Source: Acanthaster planci (Eukaryota). Taken from it: a stretch of DNA of 64,000 nt. The stretch's first letter is position 1, and each line of letters opens with the position of its first letter. Both the position numbers and the translations under genes were made by a program. The notes under the pieces are model-generated. The model searched no databases and was not told where the DNA came from. It saw only the letters and a program-made list of their open reading frames with translations. The stretch is from contig NW_019091360.1 of assembly GCF_001949145.1 (NCBI RefSeq), positions 2,602,864 to 2,666,863 of the forward strand, in the 5' to 3' direction. Positions 1 through 15,000 of this stretch are shown piece after piece.

Positions 1-3000
1 CTGGCCCGTGAGGGCTGACGGCTGAGCATGATCTCTTGGGAGTGGGTGCTCCGCAGGGTCTGGGTGGAGTAAGGCTGACTATTGGCAAGACGAGTATCCA
101 AATCCACTGAGAAACGTTGCTGCAAAGAGATCACATAAATCTCCATCAGAGTACAAGGGAATGTGACAACATTTGTACTCTTATATAACATTATATACTT
201 GTATAAAATTTATAGAGGGTGTAATTTTGGGCTGAAAACATGTTTTTAAAGCAAGATATATCATCCCACTTTCAAATTACTGATAAATGCCACAAATATT
301 AACTCTTAAGAGTTATTTTTTACAACATTTGTATGATATTTCAGAATGCAAACTCGTATTTTGCAACACTCAAAGGCACCGCTGTTGATCTATTCCCTAC
401 AACTACAGGCTGTATACAGCTGTCAAGCTCAATAAGCGACCCTCTTTCAGAAACTTTCTGGACATTTTATATACAAAACTAATGAGGGACCAGACATCAA
501 CACACATGCTGCTAGGACACTCAGTAAAGGGTTCAAGTATCTAGTTGATCAGCACCCCCTGCCAATGCAGATTGCTAGACTGTCAACACTGTCAACACTG
601 TGACAGCAGATTAACAGCACACCTCACACTGGTCTGCCTGCAGCCAATTTCACAAGCTCAGTGTAATTTTGCGCCATGTGTTTTGCGTCATAAATGTGTG
701 GTGTAGCTGTACTTATGATTGATTTTACAACAAGTTGCTTGGCTATGGAATATTTTATCTTTATGAACTCCTGTGATGAGGATAATCACAGCTTCTACGA
801 CAGTTGGTATTTTTTTTGCACTTTTACATTGAACAGTCACACTAGCTCCGCCCGCCTTTGTGAAGATTTCATCTTTTCTCCATCAGAACCATGCAGAAAA
901 TCTCCAAGTTCTCTCATAGCCAAACAATTTTGTTCATTACACCCCCCTCCTACCTACAAGCAAGTCTGTTCTGAGCCATCGGAGTCATTGCGCCAGTGTC
1001 TATTTCCTTAGCATGAAACCACTCCCAAGGATATTTCTATCCCCCTGCCCCCGATGGGATACCAGTCCATTACAGGTTGTTCCCTAGCTAATGCCAGCAC
1101 CCATTTGGAGGTAGGCAAGTAAAACTGCTAATAACAATATGGCAAACCTTGGCAGAGGCAACCCAAGGGGGGTACGACTATTAATACTGGGACGCCAATA
1201 TCAGCACCTACGTGTGCTATCCTATAAAACATTAATTAGCCCTATGCACAGGTGAGCAGTTACCCTAAGTGCAAGGGGGGGTAATTAACCCTAACAGTCC
1301 TAAATCCTCCAATTTCAATACGATTTACATACACCCTTGGGGGTTAGGGTTAATGAATGGCAGACTAGGCCTAGGAGCAGTTCATTTGATTGAAGGTTTA
1401 TCAAATGTATAATCCTATTTTATGTGTAGTTAATCAATTTATTGGCCAGATATATTCAGTATTTTAAATAATGTGAACATGTTTGGTTACATTGTAAAGA
1501 ATGACAGCATTGACATAAATGTTTCATCATCAAAAAGTTTACCACCACCGAGGGCAGAGTTTACTGGTAGCAATCAAATACAAGAAAACCTAAAGAAACC
1601 TCGCAGTGACACAGGTTTTCCAAGGAATACCCCACCACTAGCAGCAATAATGTTCACATAATCTATGTGAAGATTCACATAAGTTAGGATTGATTAAACC
1701 ATGGGTTAATCATCCTTAAGGGAACCAGAGCACTCCAGGTAACCCTCAATGACTACCAGATCACAACCCGGCTATCACCCCACCTATGATGCTCATAGAT
1801 GGCTAACTATCCACAACAATCCCTGTACCACTAGCCCTCAGCCAAAGGTTCACAACCTATGCTCTATTCCTAATCTAATCTGAACCCAAATAAACAGTTC
1901 ACTACAACTATTCCACCTACCAGTTGATACAGTGAGCCATTACTCAGTGAGCTCCACATAACTTCCAGCAATCCTACCGCTATATGACCTTCCGTAATGT
2001 GAAGTACGGTAACTGTGCGCGCCCTAAAATACACCGCAAGCACCAGGACCTAGTGCATACTAGAGTACATGTAGATGTACACACGGTCAATGCATGCATT
2101 AATAATTAATAAGCTAGACTGACATCTATGCCTACCCCTGTTTCGTCACAATAAAAACAACAAATTTTATATTTCCTTAAGGTTACAAACTCGAAGACAA
2201 CACAATAACAAGGATATAACAAGACACAATACAAAAATGAAACCACTGTGAGCTAGGCCTGGACTGTAGAACTCAGAGACAAATATAGATTTGTAAGACA
2301 AGTGGCAGTGAAGCAACCTTTTCAAGATGACAACACACTGCTAGAAGCTAGATTCCATCTCCTGACCCTCTTGCCAGAAGTCACATCAACCTTAACCACT
2401 AAGCCAGAAGTACTCCCAGTAAGGAAGTGTCTATTTCTTTATTTCTTGTATAGAAAGTCTTCACCAGCTATAAAGCAATGATGAGTCTTATGAACAGCAG
2501 TGGTAAAACAATGCATAAATTACACTACCTAAAATGACTGGGAACACCATAATTTGTTGCACAAGTCACAGACTTATGACAGTTTGTTGTGCAACCTACG
2601 CAGTAAACTCTGGCATGTGAAGAGTTGCGCTTCGGCGTTAAGTTTCATGAAATCAGCTGGTGATTCCACAACTGTGAATGAAGTCATCACAGATCCAAAA
2701 CTTCCGTGCACTGGAGCTTCACAAACCAGCAACTTTTGTTACCACAAACATATAAATGACTGTTACAGTTACTCACGCAGTTACAATATGCAGTGTCATT
2801 GCCACCTGTGAGTTACATGTATCTTATGTGACAACAAGCATGCTCTCTGGCTCACAGAGGCACGAAAAGCTGTAGCCTTCAGCAATGCTGAAACATGCTT
2901 CATGATAACACTCTCCACGCAATTCATCTCTTAAATAAAACAGGAATTACAGTAAAACCTTGATAAGATAATCCTTGATAAGTCGAAAGTCTGCTTGTCT

Positions 3001-6000
3001 CAAAGTAATGCATTGTTCCTGAAAGAACAGACGTTTGTGTACATAAATACTTCCGTAAGCCGAATTATAAGCGGCCAAAATCCCACTTAAGTCGAAGTAC
3101 AAACATGGGACCTCAAAACCACGTTCTGAGTCATCGCTGCTGAGTGCACATTGTCTTATCACTCTTGATCAATCAGCTTGCGCGGCTCGCATGCTGCACA
3201 GCATGCTTCATAAACCACGCCCGCACCGTAACTGGAACAAATCCCAGCTCTCGAGCTAGCATGATTGCTACTGCAAGACCCATGTGCAGATGAACCAATC
3301 ACTGCCTATCACAATGGTCATGGGACTACAAAAAGTCATGTCATAAGAAAACCCATTTGAATGCAAACCCAAATTCGGCATGACACATCACAAGTACGTT
3401 GCAAACATGATCTGCGAAAAGACCAAATTTTTCCACACGAAGGTACACCTTAAACATGATGGATTATTTATTTATCGGTAAAAATGACCTTCTAGACATA
3501 ACAACAATAAAAAATCTTACCAAATGATTATTGGCAAAAAAGGCTCCATGAGAATGAATAAAAGTGGAAAATAGCCACCAAAATGATGCTACCTTGGGGC
3601 GGGTTTGTAACGATTATGTCTCCACGGCAGTGAGATTTTCATTTACTGAAAGTCCGGATAACAAAGTTTTTATTCATTCCCTTGAATTTCAAGTTATCGA
3701 GGTTTCACTGTAATCAGTTCACGCCAGATGATGTGTAACCATTTAAACAGGCTATGGCATTTTCAGTACACAACAGCCGATGTGGTCTATATATTATCGT
3801 CTGCATGCTGAGATTTGTAAACACAGACAGGCTACAACTAGTCCATGGATGTTGAGCTTGTGCAGAGCTCTAGCTTAGTTGCCAGTGTGCCAATGCTGGG
3901 TGTTACAGCATGCAGCACTCCATGATACTGTCTCATAGTGCAATAGCAGTAACGATGCAGGAAGAAATGTCACACAAATACTAAACAAACGATGCAGCAT
4001 TCCTCAGCATTTCAGGCTGAAAATAATACTCTCAAGGAAAAAGGTTGCAGTAAATAATACCACCTAAAACTGTTAAAATGTCAGGAAACTTTGCATTTTA
4101 CTATCCCGGGCAGAACGACAGTCGCTAATTTAGGTACAAACAAACTGCCATCAATGGACAAAGAAAATGATCCATGATATTTTCCAGATACTTCAGCAGA
4201 ACACGTAACAAGAAAATTGGTGGTTGAGCCTACCGGTGGGGGGCTGCTATCGTGATGGAGGAGATGCCAAGCATTGTCGTAGGTCTGTCGCCGCGTTTTG
4301 GTGATGTCAAAGCGATAGATCTTGCCATAGTTGGTGTGCGGTCGGAAGAGTGCCAGCAGCGCGCCCCAGCCGGTGTGGGAATGCTGCTCTCGCACCACCC
4401 GCTCAACGTTCTCACACTGTCAACAAGCCAACGGAAATATTGGGTGAGGAATAATGGGGTCAGTTCAAGATCTACATGTAACTGGGTAATTCCAACGTAT
4501 CGGAATGGCAGTCTTACACATTCTGACACGCCATAAGTGGTGTTGTGTGACTACTTTTACAAGTAAAAAGACAGAAAGACCTGTTATCTACTACTTCTAA
4601 CACCAACTTAAAGATGCATTCACATTTTTTTTTCAATCCTTTTACTTTGCAGATTATGAATGTTAATGAGAATGGTAATGGATGGCGCTACTGCATTGAT
4701 TAGAATGTTATACTACTCAACCACAAATGATTTTGACAAAGTTTTCAGAACTTTCAATGTTGAATGGACAGGCAAAATAAAGTAAAAAACAAACATAGGA
4801 ATCCTGATGGACAGATGGATGGACAGACACCCATATAGATGGGGGGAAATCAGTATTGCATAAGCTTGCATTAGCTAAAGTTGGAAATTGCTAAATAAGG
4901 AGAAAAAACAAAAACTGATCAAGAGTCAAGAACCTTAACCACACTTCTTCACTATGAGAAGGATCTAGGTTGAGGTTTTCAACATCCAAGAAGACTCACT
5001 CGGAAGAATGTGTGGGACTCTGTGAAGGCCCTGAAGAGAGCCTGGGCGCTCTTTCGAGAGGTGAGACGGAATTTCCTAATGGAAACAACATCCTCCTCAT
5101 TGGCCTCGTCTGAGGAAGGGTAGAAGTGGACGGAAAACCGATTCTGGTGATAGGAGACTTTGCTGATATCCTCAAATTTGATACTACAAAAATGGAAGGA
5201 AAATAGACAGAAAAACCTCTTTACTGAAAAACTTAAAGCCAACAATTTTCCTTTTTAAACATAAAACTGCTCACTTTTTAACTGTGTATACACCTCGAAT
5301 AAATGATATCAAAAGAGCAGCAGAGACAATGCAAACTAAAACATTTATTGTTAAAACTTAGAGCTTTTCCAAGTCTGCGTTCAACTTGGTCATTCTATGA
5401 CTAAGATTTTAGTTTATCCATTAATAACCTGCCAAGGTAATGTCAACAACGGAGTTTAGAAAAAAGGTGCATTTTTTGATTTGAGACTTGGTTTGGGAGA
5501 AAATGATTGATGAAACTTGGCTTCAATAATTTGACTCGTTAAATTTATTTATTATCAACTTTTTTGAAACAAACACAAGAAAAATACTTTTTTGTGCATA
5601 AGCAATTCTGCCTGTTTTCATAATCATTATCATCAGCATAATGATGGAAGAACTTGGGCAGATAGGTCCAACCTGTTTTTAAAACCATCACAGGTAATGT
5701 CCCTGACAAAAGATGTCAGAAAACGAGTACAAATATATCATGTCAATCATGACATCAGCTTTAATAGACAGGCTTACAAAAATGATTCAGGCCTTGACTT
5801 GAGAAAAACTGACGGCTGACTTGACTTGTGGAAAAATGAATTGGTTACAGAAACTGGTAAAATCACTTCAAGATGGTAAGGTTAAATCTTAATATTTCAA
5901 ACATCAGTTGTATACGTTTAATATTTACAAACAGCAAATATGAACATGAACAGAGAATCGAAAAATAATAGTGGAAAAACTTACTTATTAATGACATCTC

Positions 6001-9000
6001 TCTCTTTGCTCAATATCTGAAGCCCACCGCTGTGGACACCAATCACCACCTTTGTTCTGTCCATGGTCTCTGCAGCGAAGTACTCCACACCATAACCTGG
6101 CAACTTGTTGATCTTATTGATGAACTGAATCTCTGCCTGTGTCTTTGTCAGCTCTGCCCCGCAGTTCTGGTGGGCCTCTTTGACTTGCAGGAGTTTGTGC
6201 TCGCTGTCATCAAGGAGGTCAAAGTGCAAGGGTTATGTAACAACTTATTATAGGAGTGAATACCAGCCAACTGACAGTGAAACATTCTTCGTTCTTCCAT
6301 AAAAAATTAAGAAATTGACTATATTACCTCATTTCTGACATGAAGTATCAAATTGTGAAGTATATGTTACTTACACGTATATCTCATAAATATCTTTGAA
6401 GACACTCATGATTGGAGTTAATTAGCTCACATGATGTTCAGGCAAAATGTAACAGCAGTGGAATAAATTGATGGGGAAACCACTGTCACCTATGGGCCTA
6501 TGAACCAGAAGGAGCCCAGAATTGTTTTATCGTGTAATCTTTAATGTCCCTTTTCAGGGGTAAGGTTATACTTTGGAGTTTTTTTACATGTTTTTGCCTT
6601 TCTTTCATTATTTTTCAAAATAATTTTTTACTCCCTTTTTTTTGGGGGTGGGTGGGAGGCATGGTCCCAGTTGGCCCCCCCCCTGGATCCATCCTTGCTG
6701 TTACCCACAATGACAGACATTCTTTCATTTTCTTGTAGGACCCAGAGAAAATGCCAATTTTTCTTGTACAGTCCAGAGATAACCCTAACCCCCTTGGGTG
6801 TATGAAAATCACATTGAAATCGGAAGATTTGGGACTGTTAGGGATAGCTGCTGGACCATTATTCCATAAATGCTCCTTTTCATTTCCTACAGATAATCCT
6901 CACACAGAGAGCCATTTACTGTACATGTAAACTGAGTGTAAACTGCTTTTCACAGAAAGAGAAACTGTGAGTGGACCTGGCTTACATGTAGTTTACACAC
7001 CTTGTAATTATATGGCCCCATTTTGTTCTCTGGTCAACACAAGGCACACTATGTGACTGAGGGCCCACTTACCAGATGGCTCACAAGGTACACTGTGTGA
7101 CTGAGGGCCCATTAACCAGATGGCTTGGAATGATACTCTGTAGGCTATAAATATCAATGCAGTGGATTCCTATCACAAACTCTGCAATTTGGTGATGAAC
7201 TGCGGCGTTTTGGAACCCGATCAATGTTTATAGATTCTCCTGTGGGCAACAGGTGGTCTCGTTAAGACTGGCTGATAGGGTTGCATGTTTCTTTATGGCG
7301 CTTTCGATTCTTCCTTTGGAGTGCTGTTATTGAGCTGTCAGTAACATCAAAGGTGGTTCACACCTCAGGTGAAGGCGAAGAGGAAGCAAACTGACATCAC
7401 AGAATAGTCACAATGAAATTTACCAGTCGAATTGAAGTTCAACTCTTGTTAATTTGCCATCACAAATCCACATTCACGTTTGTTTTCATACTATATGAAC
7501 CAGCCTTACACGTATATACAAATGGGTTTCTACCTTGAACGTAAAAGTAAAATATTACTTGGCAAACTACATGTACTTTTTGTAACGGCTTTTCAGTGCT
7601 GCTTGACAGTGCCAAGAGGCCCTACACCTAAGTGTACCGGTCACTAACCTTAGTTCAGGTAAGATGGATTGATACTGTGAATCCAAAACAGCCTCCTCAT
7701 TGCCTAACTCTGCCTGAGCCATCAGCACGCAAAGCTGAAACTTCTCTGACTCATTGACTTTGTAGTGACCCTGCAGGAGACGATTCTTCAGCGTCATGTA
7801 GTACACATGTCTGGTGACACCAAGCAATAAAGAATAAGTGTTATTATTTTTTAGCGCTGTCCATTTTTGAATGATTTTTTTGTTTGAATACATGTGTTTA
7901 AAACTGCCCTTGACTGAGATTTGAATAATTTTAATTCACCCAAACAACACACCTTCAGGTTCGGTTCAAGTTGGTTTCACACCAACTGGAACCAAAACTG
8001 AGGATTTATTTTATTCATTCTTAATATGATATGCTTTTAAAATGTACAGCAAAGATACATATATGTACATGTACTTGACATTGAAATTAAGCTCTTACTT
8101 TAAGTACATGTAGCTCCATTTGCTCTCTTTAACAAAATACATGTAGTAATTAAGATCTGAAGGTTTGCATGATGGGTATACGTGAGTCTCCTGACGACAA
8201 AGAGAGCAAATTCAATATCTGAAACGTTGGGTAAACCAGCTCCTTTCGGAGGCACACACGCTCACAAAATACATCTTTCAAGCTACACGGTGTCACCGCA
8301 AACCACTTGCCTTAAAATAATACCTGCAATATCAATCACGCCAACTTTCCTCGATTTTACAATTTAATTCAAGATTAATAAAAACAGTCTACAGAGCAAA
8401 ACACCGTCCAAAACTTCAAAACACGTACATGTATAAATATAAAATCTGAATGTAAAAACACTTACACAAATCATATACATGTTAACAGTCCAAACATATC
8501 ACTCTCATACATAACACTGCGTGAAAAAAAGCAATATTCATTGGCAATCAAAAGTCAGAAGTTTAAAAACTGTCCAGATGTTCTTGTAAACAAGGTGAAA
8601 TAATGTGAATGAAAACAAGAAATCTCTGTACAGTGTGACTAAACGTCCAAAAGAAAAATGTAAGTGCAGTCCAAACCAATAAGAAATGACACAATGTATA
8701 AAACCTTTAGACTTAGGAATAATACAAACTAGTCACACCTTCAAATGTGTGAAAAGGCACTTTAAACGTAACTGAAATAAAATGGAAAGGGCTTACAGTT
8801 AGAACGACTTTAATCTTACCGAGCGGATCCACCCAAAAAGACGGGTGAAGCAAGTTCTCTTTGCCTCTTATACTGTATATATTCAGGAATTTATTACAGT
8901 GGTGATGATACATTTAAAAAGATGAAAGGGATTAAAAGAAGGACGGTCAATAAGGATGTTGAACTGTCTTAGTCCAAATGAAAAATGCAGATATTACATA

Positions 9001-12000
9001 ACCAATAAATTGTATGAAGATTAGTTTTCCTGATTACATCATTTAGTTCATCGATACAGGCATTTCACAATAGTTCGCCTCCAAGAGTTTGCAATGCATT
9101 GGCCAATTACAAAGCATGAAATCTGTCCATCCAATGCGCGTTGGAAAAGGGTCGACGCATTTCACGCCTTGTGACTGGTCAACGCGTTGTAAACTCTTGG
9201 AGGCGCACTATTGTGAATTACCCGTATTAATTTCGTACAGTGATTTCCTGAAATATATAAACCCAGAATGTTTCTATGAAATGTAAATCAGTTATCTGAA
9301 AAGTGTTAAGCTGCAAGAGATGAATTCATGAAAATGCAAACAACATAATTTTTTTCTAATATTTCTGAAAAATGGAAGCTACATGTTTTTAGAGAGGAAA
9401 TATATTTCATCACTCAATTAAGTATATAAAATGTGTAACCAACTAAACAAACAATCCTTTGAGACCAAATAATTTTAAGCAGAGTAAACCAAATCAGTAA
9501 CTTACATAAATAATGTTCACAACAAACAGAACAACTGGTATAATTTCACCAATCCAAACGTTGTGGATGCAAAGATAAATTTTTGGCCATATCTAATGTT
9601 ACAGGAAACGACCCTAGATTTGACAGGAAAAGACAGATATGAGAAATAAGACTGTGGCATTAAAATGTTGCACAAGAAGTCTAAGCCCATGTATATTTAT
9701 TTAAAGGTCTTACTCACCACTTACAGACTGCCTGTTCTTGTCTCTCCTTACCCGAAGACTAGATGAAATTGACAAAGGGCAGTACAAGATGACAAAAAAC
9801 TCCTCCCCCCCAAACAAAAAGCCAGATAAATTGCTGCTGCGGAAAGCTGCACCATAATATTTTGCTCAAAATACCGGCGGAGGCTGGAGCAGATTGGAAG
9901 AGATGTTTACGCTGGGTGTAGTTGGATCAAAATCGAGGAAATATTTAATTTTACCCTACAGGAAACTTTGTCAATGCCCAAGAATGTCCACTCTGCAACT
10001 TTAACGAAAATGGGCTATGCAAAAAATTCAGCACGTGAAATATAAAAGTATAAGGCTACAACAGGACAACAGTATTCTTTCTATGCAACGCACAGGCAGC
10101 TAACAGCAGCAAAACATGAAATGGCACAAGTGTTTACATCATGGGAAAAAAATAGCGTGAAAAAGGAACCAGTGGAGAGTAAGAGCATAACCGACCAAAA
10201 CCCTGTAAAGTATGACCACTAGACAGGTCACTTCAAGTGCCAGGAAAACAGTTAACAATTGATTTAACTTACATAGCTTTTGCAATTAAAAGATCATCAT
10301 CAACTGCTTGGAGTCTAAGTTAAACAAACAAAGGAATAGGATTTAATAACAATTAAGAAAAGCAATCACTATGCATTAATAAGCTTAACGAATCTGAAAT
10401 ACGAAGGAAGACTGTTGTGAAATCAAATAACTAAGTACACATAAATCATAATTAAGGGCTTCAATAAAATTATCATTAACTATGGACAGAATGGTATAGG
10501 TGCATGCTTGCATGAAGGCGCTACCTCAGTGTTTTCTTGCTGCCAACAAAGTCATTCCAGAACTAGAAGAGGCATCCCTGAACGAGCTTGTACATGCTCC
10601 CCTGGTAACGGCACAGCCTCTAGTTGACGAGGTGAACCTGGATTGTCACAAGCATGACTTGGTCGCTCAGCAGACTCACCAACTCAGAGAGTGACAGCAT
10701 CCCCTACTGTGCAGCAGCACAGAGGATCCTATGCCAACCCTCTACATCGTTGTTAGACTGTATGGACTAGTGGTAGGATGCCCACACCTGTGGTGCCCAC
10801 AAAGTGGATGTAATCCATGTGTTTTCTTCATAGTTGGAACAGCTGCAGAGAGATATAAAATCAAAATCACAACATTTCTCTTTCAGAGTCTTGTCCCATC
10901 TTTAGATGGGGTAAAGAGCCTCCATCCTAAAGAGCAGCCTTCTTCCATTTCAACCAATCTAGGACACATTTGTCCTCCATTCCATGGTGTTTCATATAAT
11001 GTCTGACATCTATTTCATTAAAATTCAAGGATGGATTTGCGCCGGGGAGATGTAAATTAATTTGGGATTTTTGCCCTGCCCGACCTGTATTTTAACACTG
11101 TATACTCTGTATACACCGTATACTGTAAGACATCTGCACTAGTAAACAGGAGGTTGTAGGTTCGAGTCCCACCCGAGTACGCTTTTTTTTTTCCCAAGCC
11201 TTCGGGGGCATACCCTGAGTATAGGGCAGGGCAAAAATTCAAAATTAATTTGTGTTTGACATCGTCTATCCTTCCCTTCATTTGTCTTCCCCTCTTTCTT
11301 CTCCCAGGTGCACTACATCTGATTCCAACATTCCTTTTAAAGGACCTTCTTCCCCGCTCCATTTCACATGTCCAAGCAACCTCAGCCTTGCTGAGCACTG
11401 GTATGAAAAGACATATTCTTATTGCTTAAAAATGACAGCTGGACTGTGTAGATCTTTCTTGACAGGGGACTTCGGAATACCTGGCGTCAGTGTTCATTAA
11501 AAGTGATTGCTGGATTTAAATACTTGCATGTGCCTACTTGAAAGAGGACTGTATGTACATTTTAACAATTCATCTAAAGTGCCCCACCAAAATGTGGAAT
11601 GTGTTTTTTGTTTCAGTTAAAGCAAGCTCACAAACCTGTGTCAGCATGTCAGCATCAAGCTGCCTTACGCTTCATGTGATCAAAAAGCACCAGGATGGTG
11701 GCTTCCCAGGGTAGGTACATGACCAGGGGAGAGCCATCAGCTTGGTGATGTGATTGACTACTATGTATGTCTCCCTTATTCTGACAGGCTTTCTACAGAG
11801 ACCAAAGTCCTGAATCTTCCTCCATGGCATGAAACCTCTGGGAAGACATCCTTCATGGCTGGTAGCCACCTCAAAGTAAAGGATGCACTCTTCAACTCTG
11901 AAATCAAAAGTAAAACAACTCAACAAGCAAGTACACTCTGGTAGCTAGCTCCATCTTTTTTTCTCCTATAATTTTTTTTTTCACAAATAAATTAGGAGAA

Positions 12001-15000
12001 AAATAAACCCTCAACCCATGAAGACATACAATTGGCTGCAACATGCCATGTTATGTTTCAAACTTAGTCCCATGCAAATTAGAAATGCATAATACCCCAA
12101 CCATTTCAAGCAGGTAATCCTTGACTGCTTTGAACACCTATGTGTAGTTTTGTAGTCTCACTTCTGCTACAATTTGTTGGTTCAGTGTGCAACATCGTGT
12201 AGCTGAAGTCGGCTTTGAACTTGGGGCACAATTTAAACCGTGCCACTTTTAGATTCGAAATCAAGATCCTAAAATATTGGTTTCCTTGAAATATACAGCT
12301 GAAACTTTATGAGGTGAGTTGTATACACGAGCAACCTTCTTTGGATTTTGAGTAATATTGCTGCCTCGAAGATGGATGCAAGATGCATGAGCATACATTT
12401 AAAAAAAAGTTAATCATGTTTTTTAACATTACTGACACAAAACCCACATCATTTTCAAACTACCGTTTCATCAACCTCCAATAACGAGAAACATAGAGTA
12501 GAACCAAAATTAGTTTGGCTATTAACAAGATGATTGTAGACCTAACTTTGGAAAGGATCCCTGAAGTATAAAACATATTTGTTAATACTGGCAAATGTAG
12601 CAAAAAAATGACTGCAACATGTCTGGATGTAAACACCAGATAAACAAGTTTTAGAAGACCTGAAAATTACAATGTGTATGCACAATGCATACATGTGTAA
12701 ATATTGCATCATCACCTGTGATTCGGCAGCACTGGAATTCCAAAGAGACGTCTTCAGACCGATGCAGCAAAAAAGGACGTAACATTTCCAAGAAGAACCC
12801 ATATCAGTCCCTTAGTCTATTGCTAAAGTCCCAAAGTTATACCTGTAAAACAATAATTTTACAAATGTGCAAGTTCTCTCTCTTGACTAGTTACATTTAG
12901 AAATGAAGTAATAGGCCTACAGGAACATCTTATGTAAGCTTCATTTACACGTATAAGGCTGTAGTGAGAATACAGGAAGCATATTTTAAGTTACAATTAC
13001 AAATGACGTTTTCTGAGGCATTTGATAGGGAATTTCATGAACCAAGTTTTGAATGAGGGACTTCATGTGATGTGAATATCAAACCGTCAGCCTAATAAAA
13101 TGTGGTTCAGTTCTATGCAAACCAAACAGATGATCATTAATGTCAATCATTAATTAAGAAGTCACCCACAATCATATGGTTCAGAAAGCGATACTAACAG
13201 CGAATGAATTTTTTTTTCCGCAAAAAGTTGAGGCTCGGCTTTAACTTAAGACACATAATCTAAAATTACAGCTGATTTTCAGAAGAATGGATGGACCTAT
13301 GTTAACTCATCTAACCGACAGAAAAACCAACGGCTTGTGCTGAAGGTTGAAGACTCAGCCTTAAAGCTGGGACAATTTCAAATTAAATTTAAGAGACGGC
13401 AGTCTCTCAAAAAGAATGCTACTTCCGCTACACACCTACCAGGAAATATCAGGCTTTGATGTACATGTATATTGGAATGTACATGTACATGTATATATTG
13501 ATGTACATGTATGCCTCCACAACGTTATGCACAAATCACGAGTCTAATCAACTTGTAATAAAGCTGAGGTGCTGAAATTTAATTAAACAGAATTAAGACC
13601 ACTAATTAAAAGATAACTAGCTACAGTCATTCAGATCATCAACAGGTCTATTAGCAAACTTACCTGAACAACTGCGGAGCTGCTGCCAGTGATGAGTCTG
13701 ATGACAACCGTCGCATTGCACAGTGTGATGTCAAGAAGTGCCAGTATTGTTCACCGTGCACTTAATGCTGGGGAACCTGGGCCTAGCGTTTCTCAGCTTC
13801 CAAATTAAAACCGGCATAATGGTTGAATTGTGTTTGAAATTGACTTGATATCAATGGCATCTTGGTACAAATTATAACCATGGCCAACGGTTTTGTTTGA
13901 CGGATGATGAACCTGCCAGCCCCAAATAATACAAATTTGGAAAGGAACACAAAAATTATGAAAAATTTACATGTAGGTTGCTTTCCTGATGTACGATTTT
14001 TAGTGTTTTGAAAAAAATGGACTGTATATTCCCGTAATTTTTTCCTGATGAGTGTTTTGAATCAACTGAAAAAAATTCAGACTTACATTTCATTTTTTAT
14101 AAAAAGTACCAAGAGCACTTACTTTCTTAATATGCTTTAAGTACCAGTAGTCGTACATTCATGTACTGGTAAAAAAGGAACTTTAAAATTTAGTTTTTTT
14201 CCACCCTGCAACCTTGCCAAATTTTAGGTTATCTTCATAGTCTAACAAATAAGAAAACTACTGTATGCTGGCCTCCCTAATTTGGAGATTGCTATATTTT
14301 TCGAGGCAAGTTTCCTGTGATGTTTGAATTGCTGTTTGCCACCTCTTAATCAAACGTTGGCTTAAAAAAACTATGCATCAACCGGAGTGTCTTTTGGTGC
14401 ACTGACAATTAACTACAAAGTCTGTCGTCTTCTCACAAACACTGCTATCTTTTATTCTTGGAATGCGACATGTACTATCAAGCTATACATCAGAGAACAG
14501 GAGTAGCTTTGGAAATATGGTTGGCTAAGTTTGATTTCCAGTTTATCAATTTGTATGTATCCTCTCTCCTAAATTTCCAAGATTTCCGGAAACTACTCAC
14601 TGTCTTTACACCCTAATCCACGCATGCTAGCTTTTCTGTTTGATCAGTTAACTCAGTTTTCCACCACCAACTGAAAAACGGATCCATGATGACGGCAGAA
14701 TTGGCTAAGCCTGTGAGATTTCAGGTTTATCTTTTTATCAGCTCTTTCTCTTGCACTGAACCACTTCTGCCAAGAAAACTGTTTACTTATTAGCAATTTA
14801 ATAGATACATTTACATGCACAATTCATTTGGGTATTCATTTTCTCGTGCATTCAATGTTTCCAAAACTGTTAACCATTTATCACTGCACATCATCGTTTC
14901 TGTTTGAGAAGAGCAGCAGCTAAATTTCTACATCATGAATATGTATTTCCCAGCAACACCCCATAGAACACAGTTCAATGATGATGACAGAATTGGCTTA

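Noticed and set aside
1289..1349. Interstitial telomere array or telomerase RNA template
   Set aside because: Only 1-2 repeat units occur, arranged as inverted ends of a dispersed element, and no other telomerase RNA features were recognised.
11126..11192. Functional tRNA gene
   Set aside because: Only a T-arm/B-box is visible and no complete cloverleaf can be drawn.
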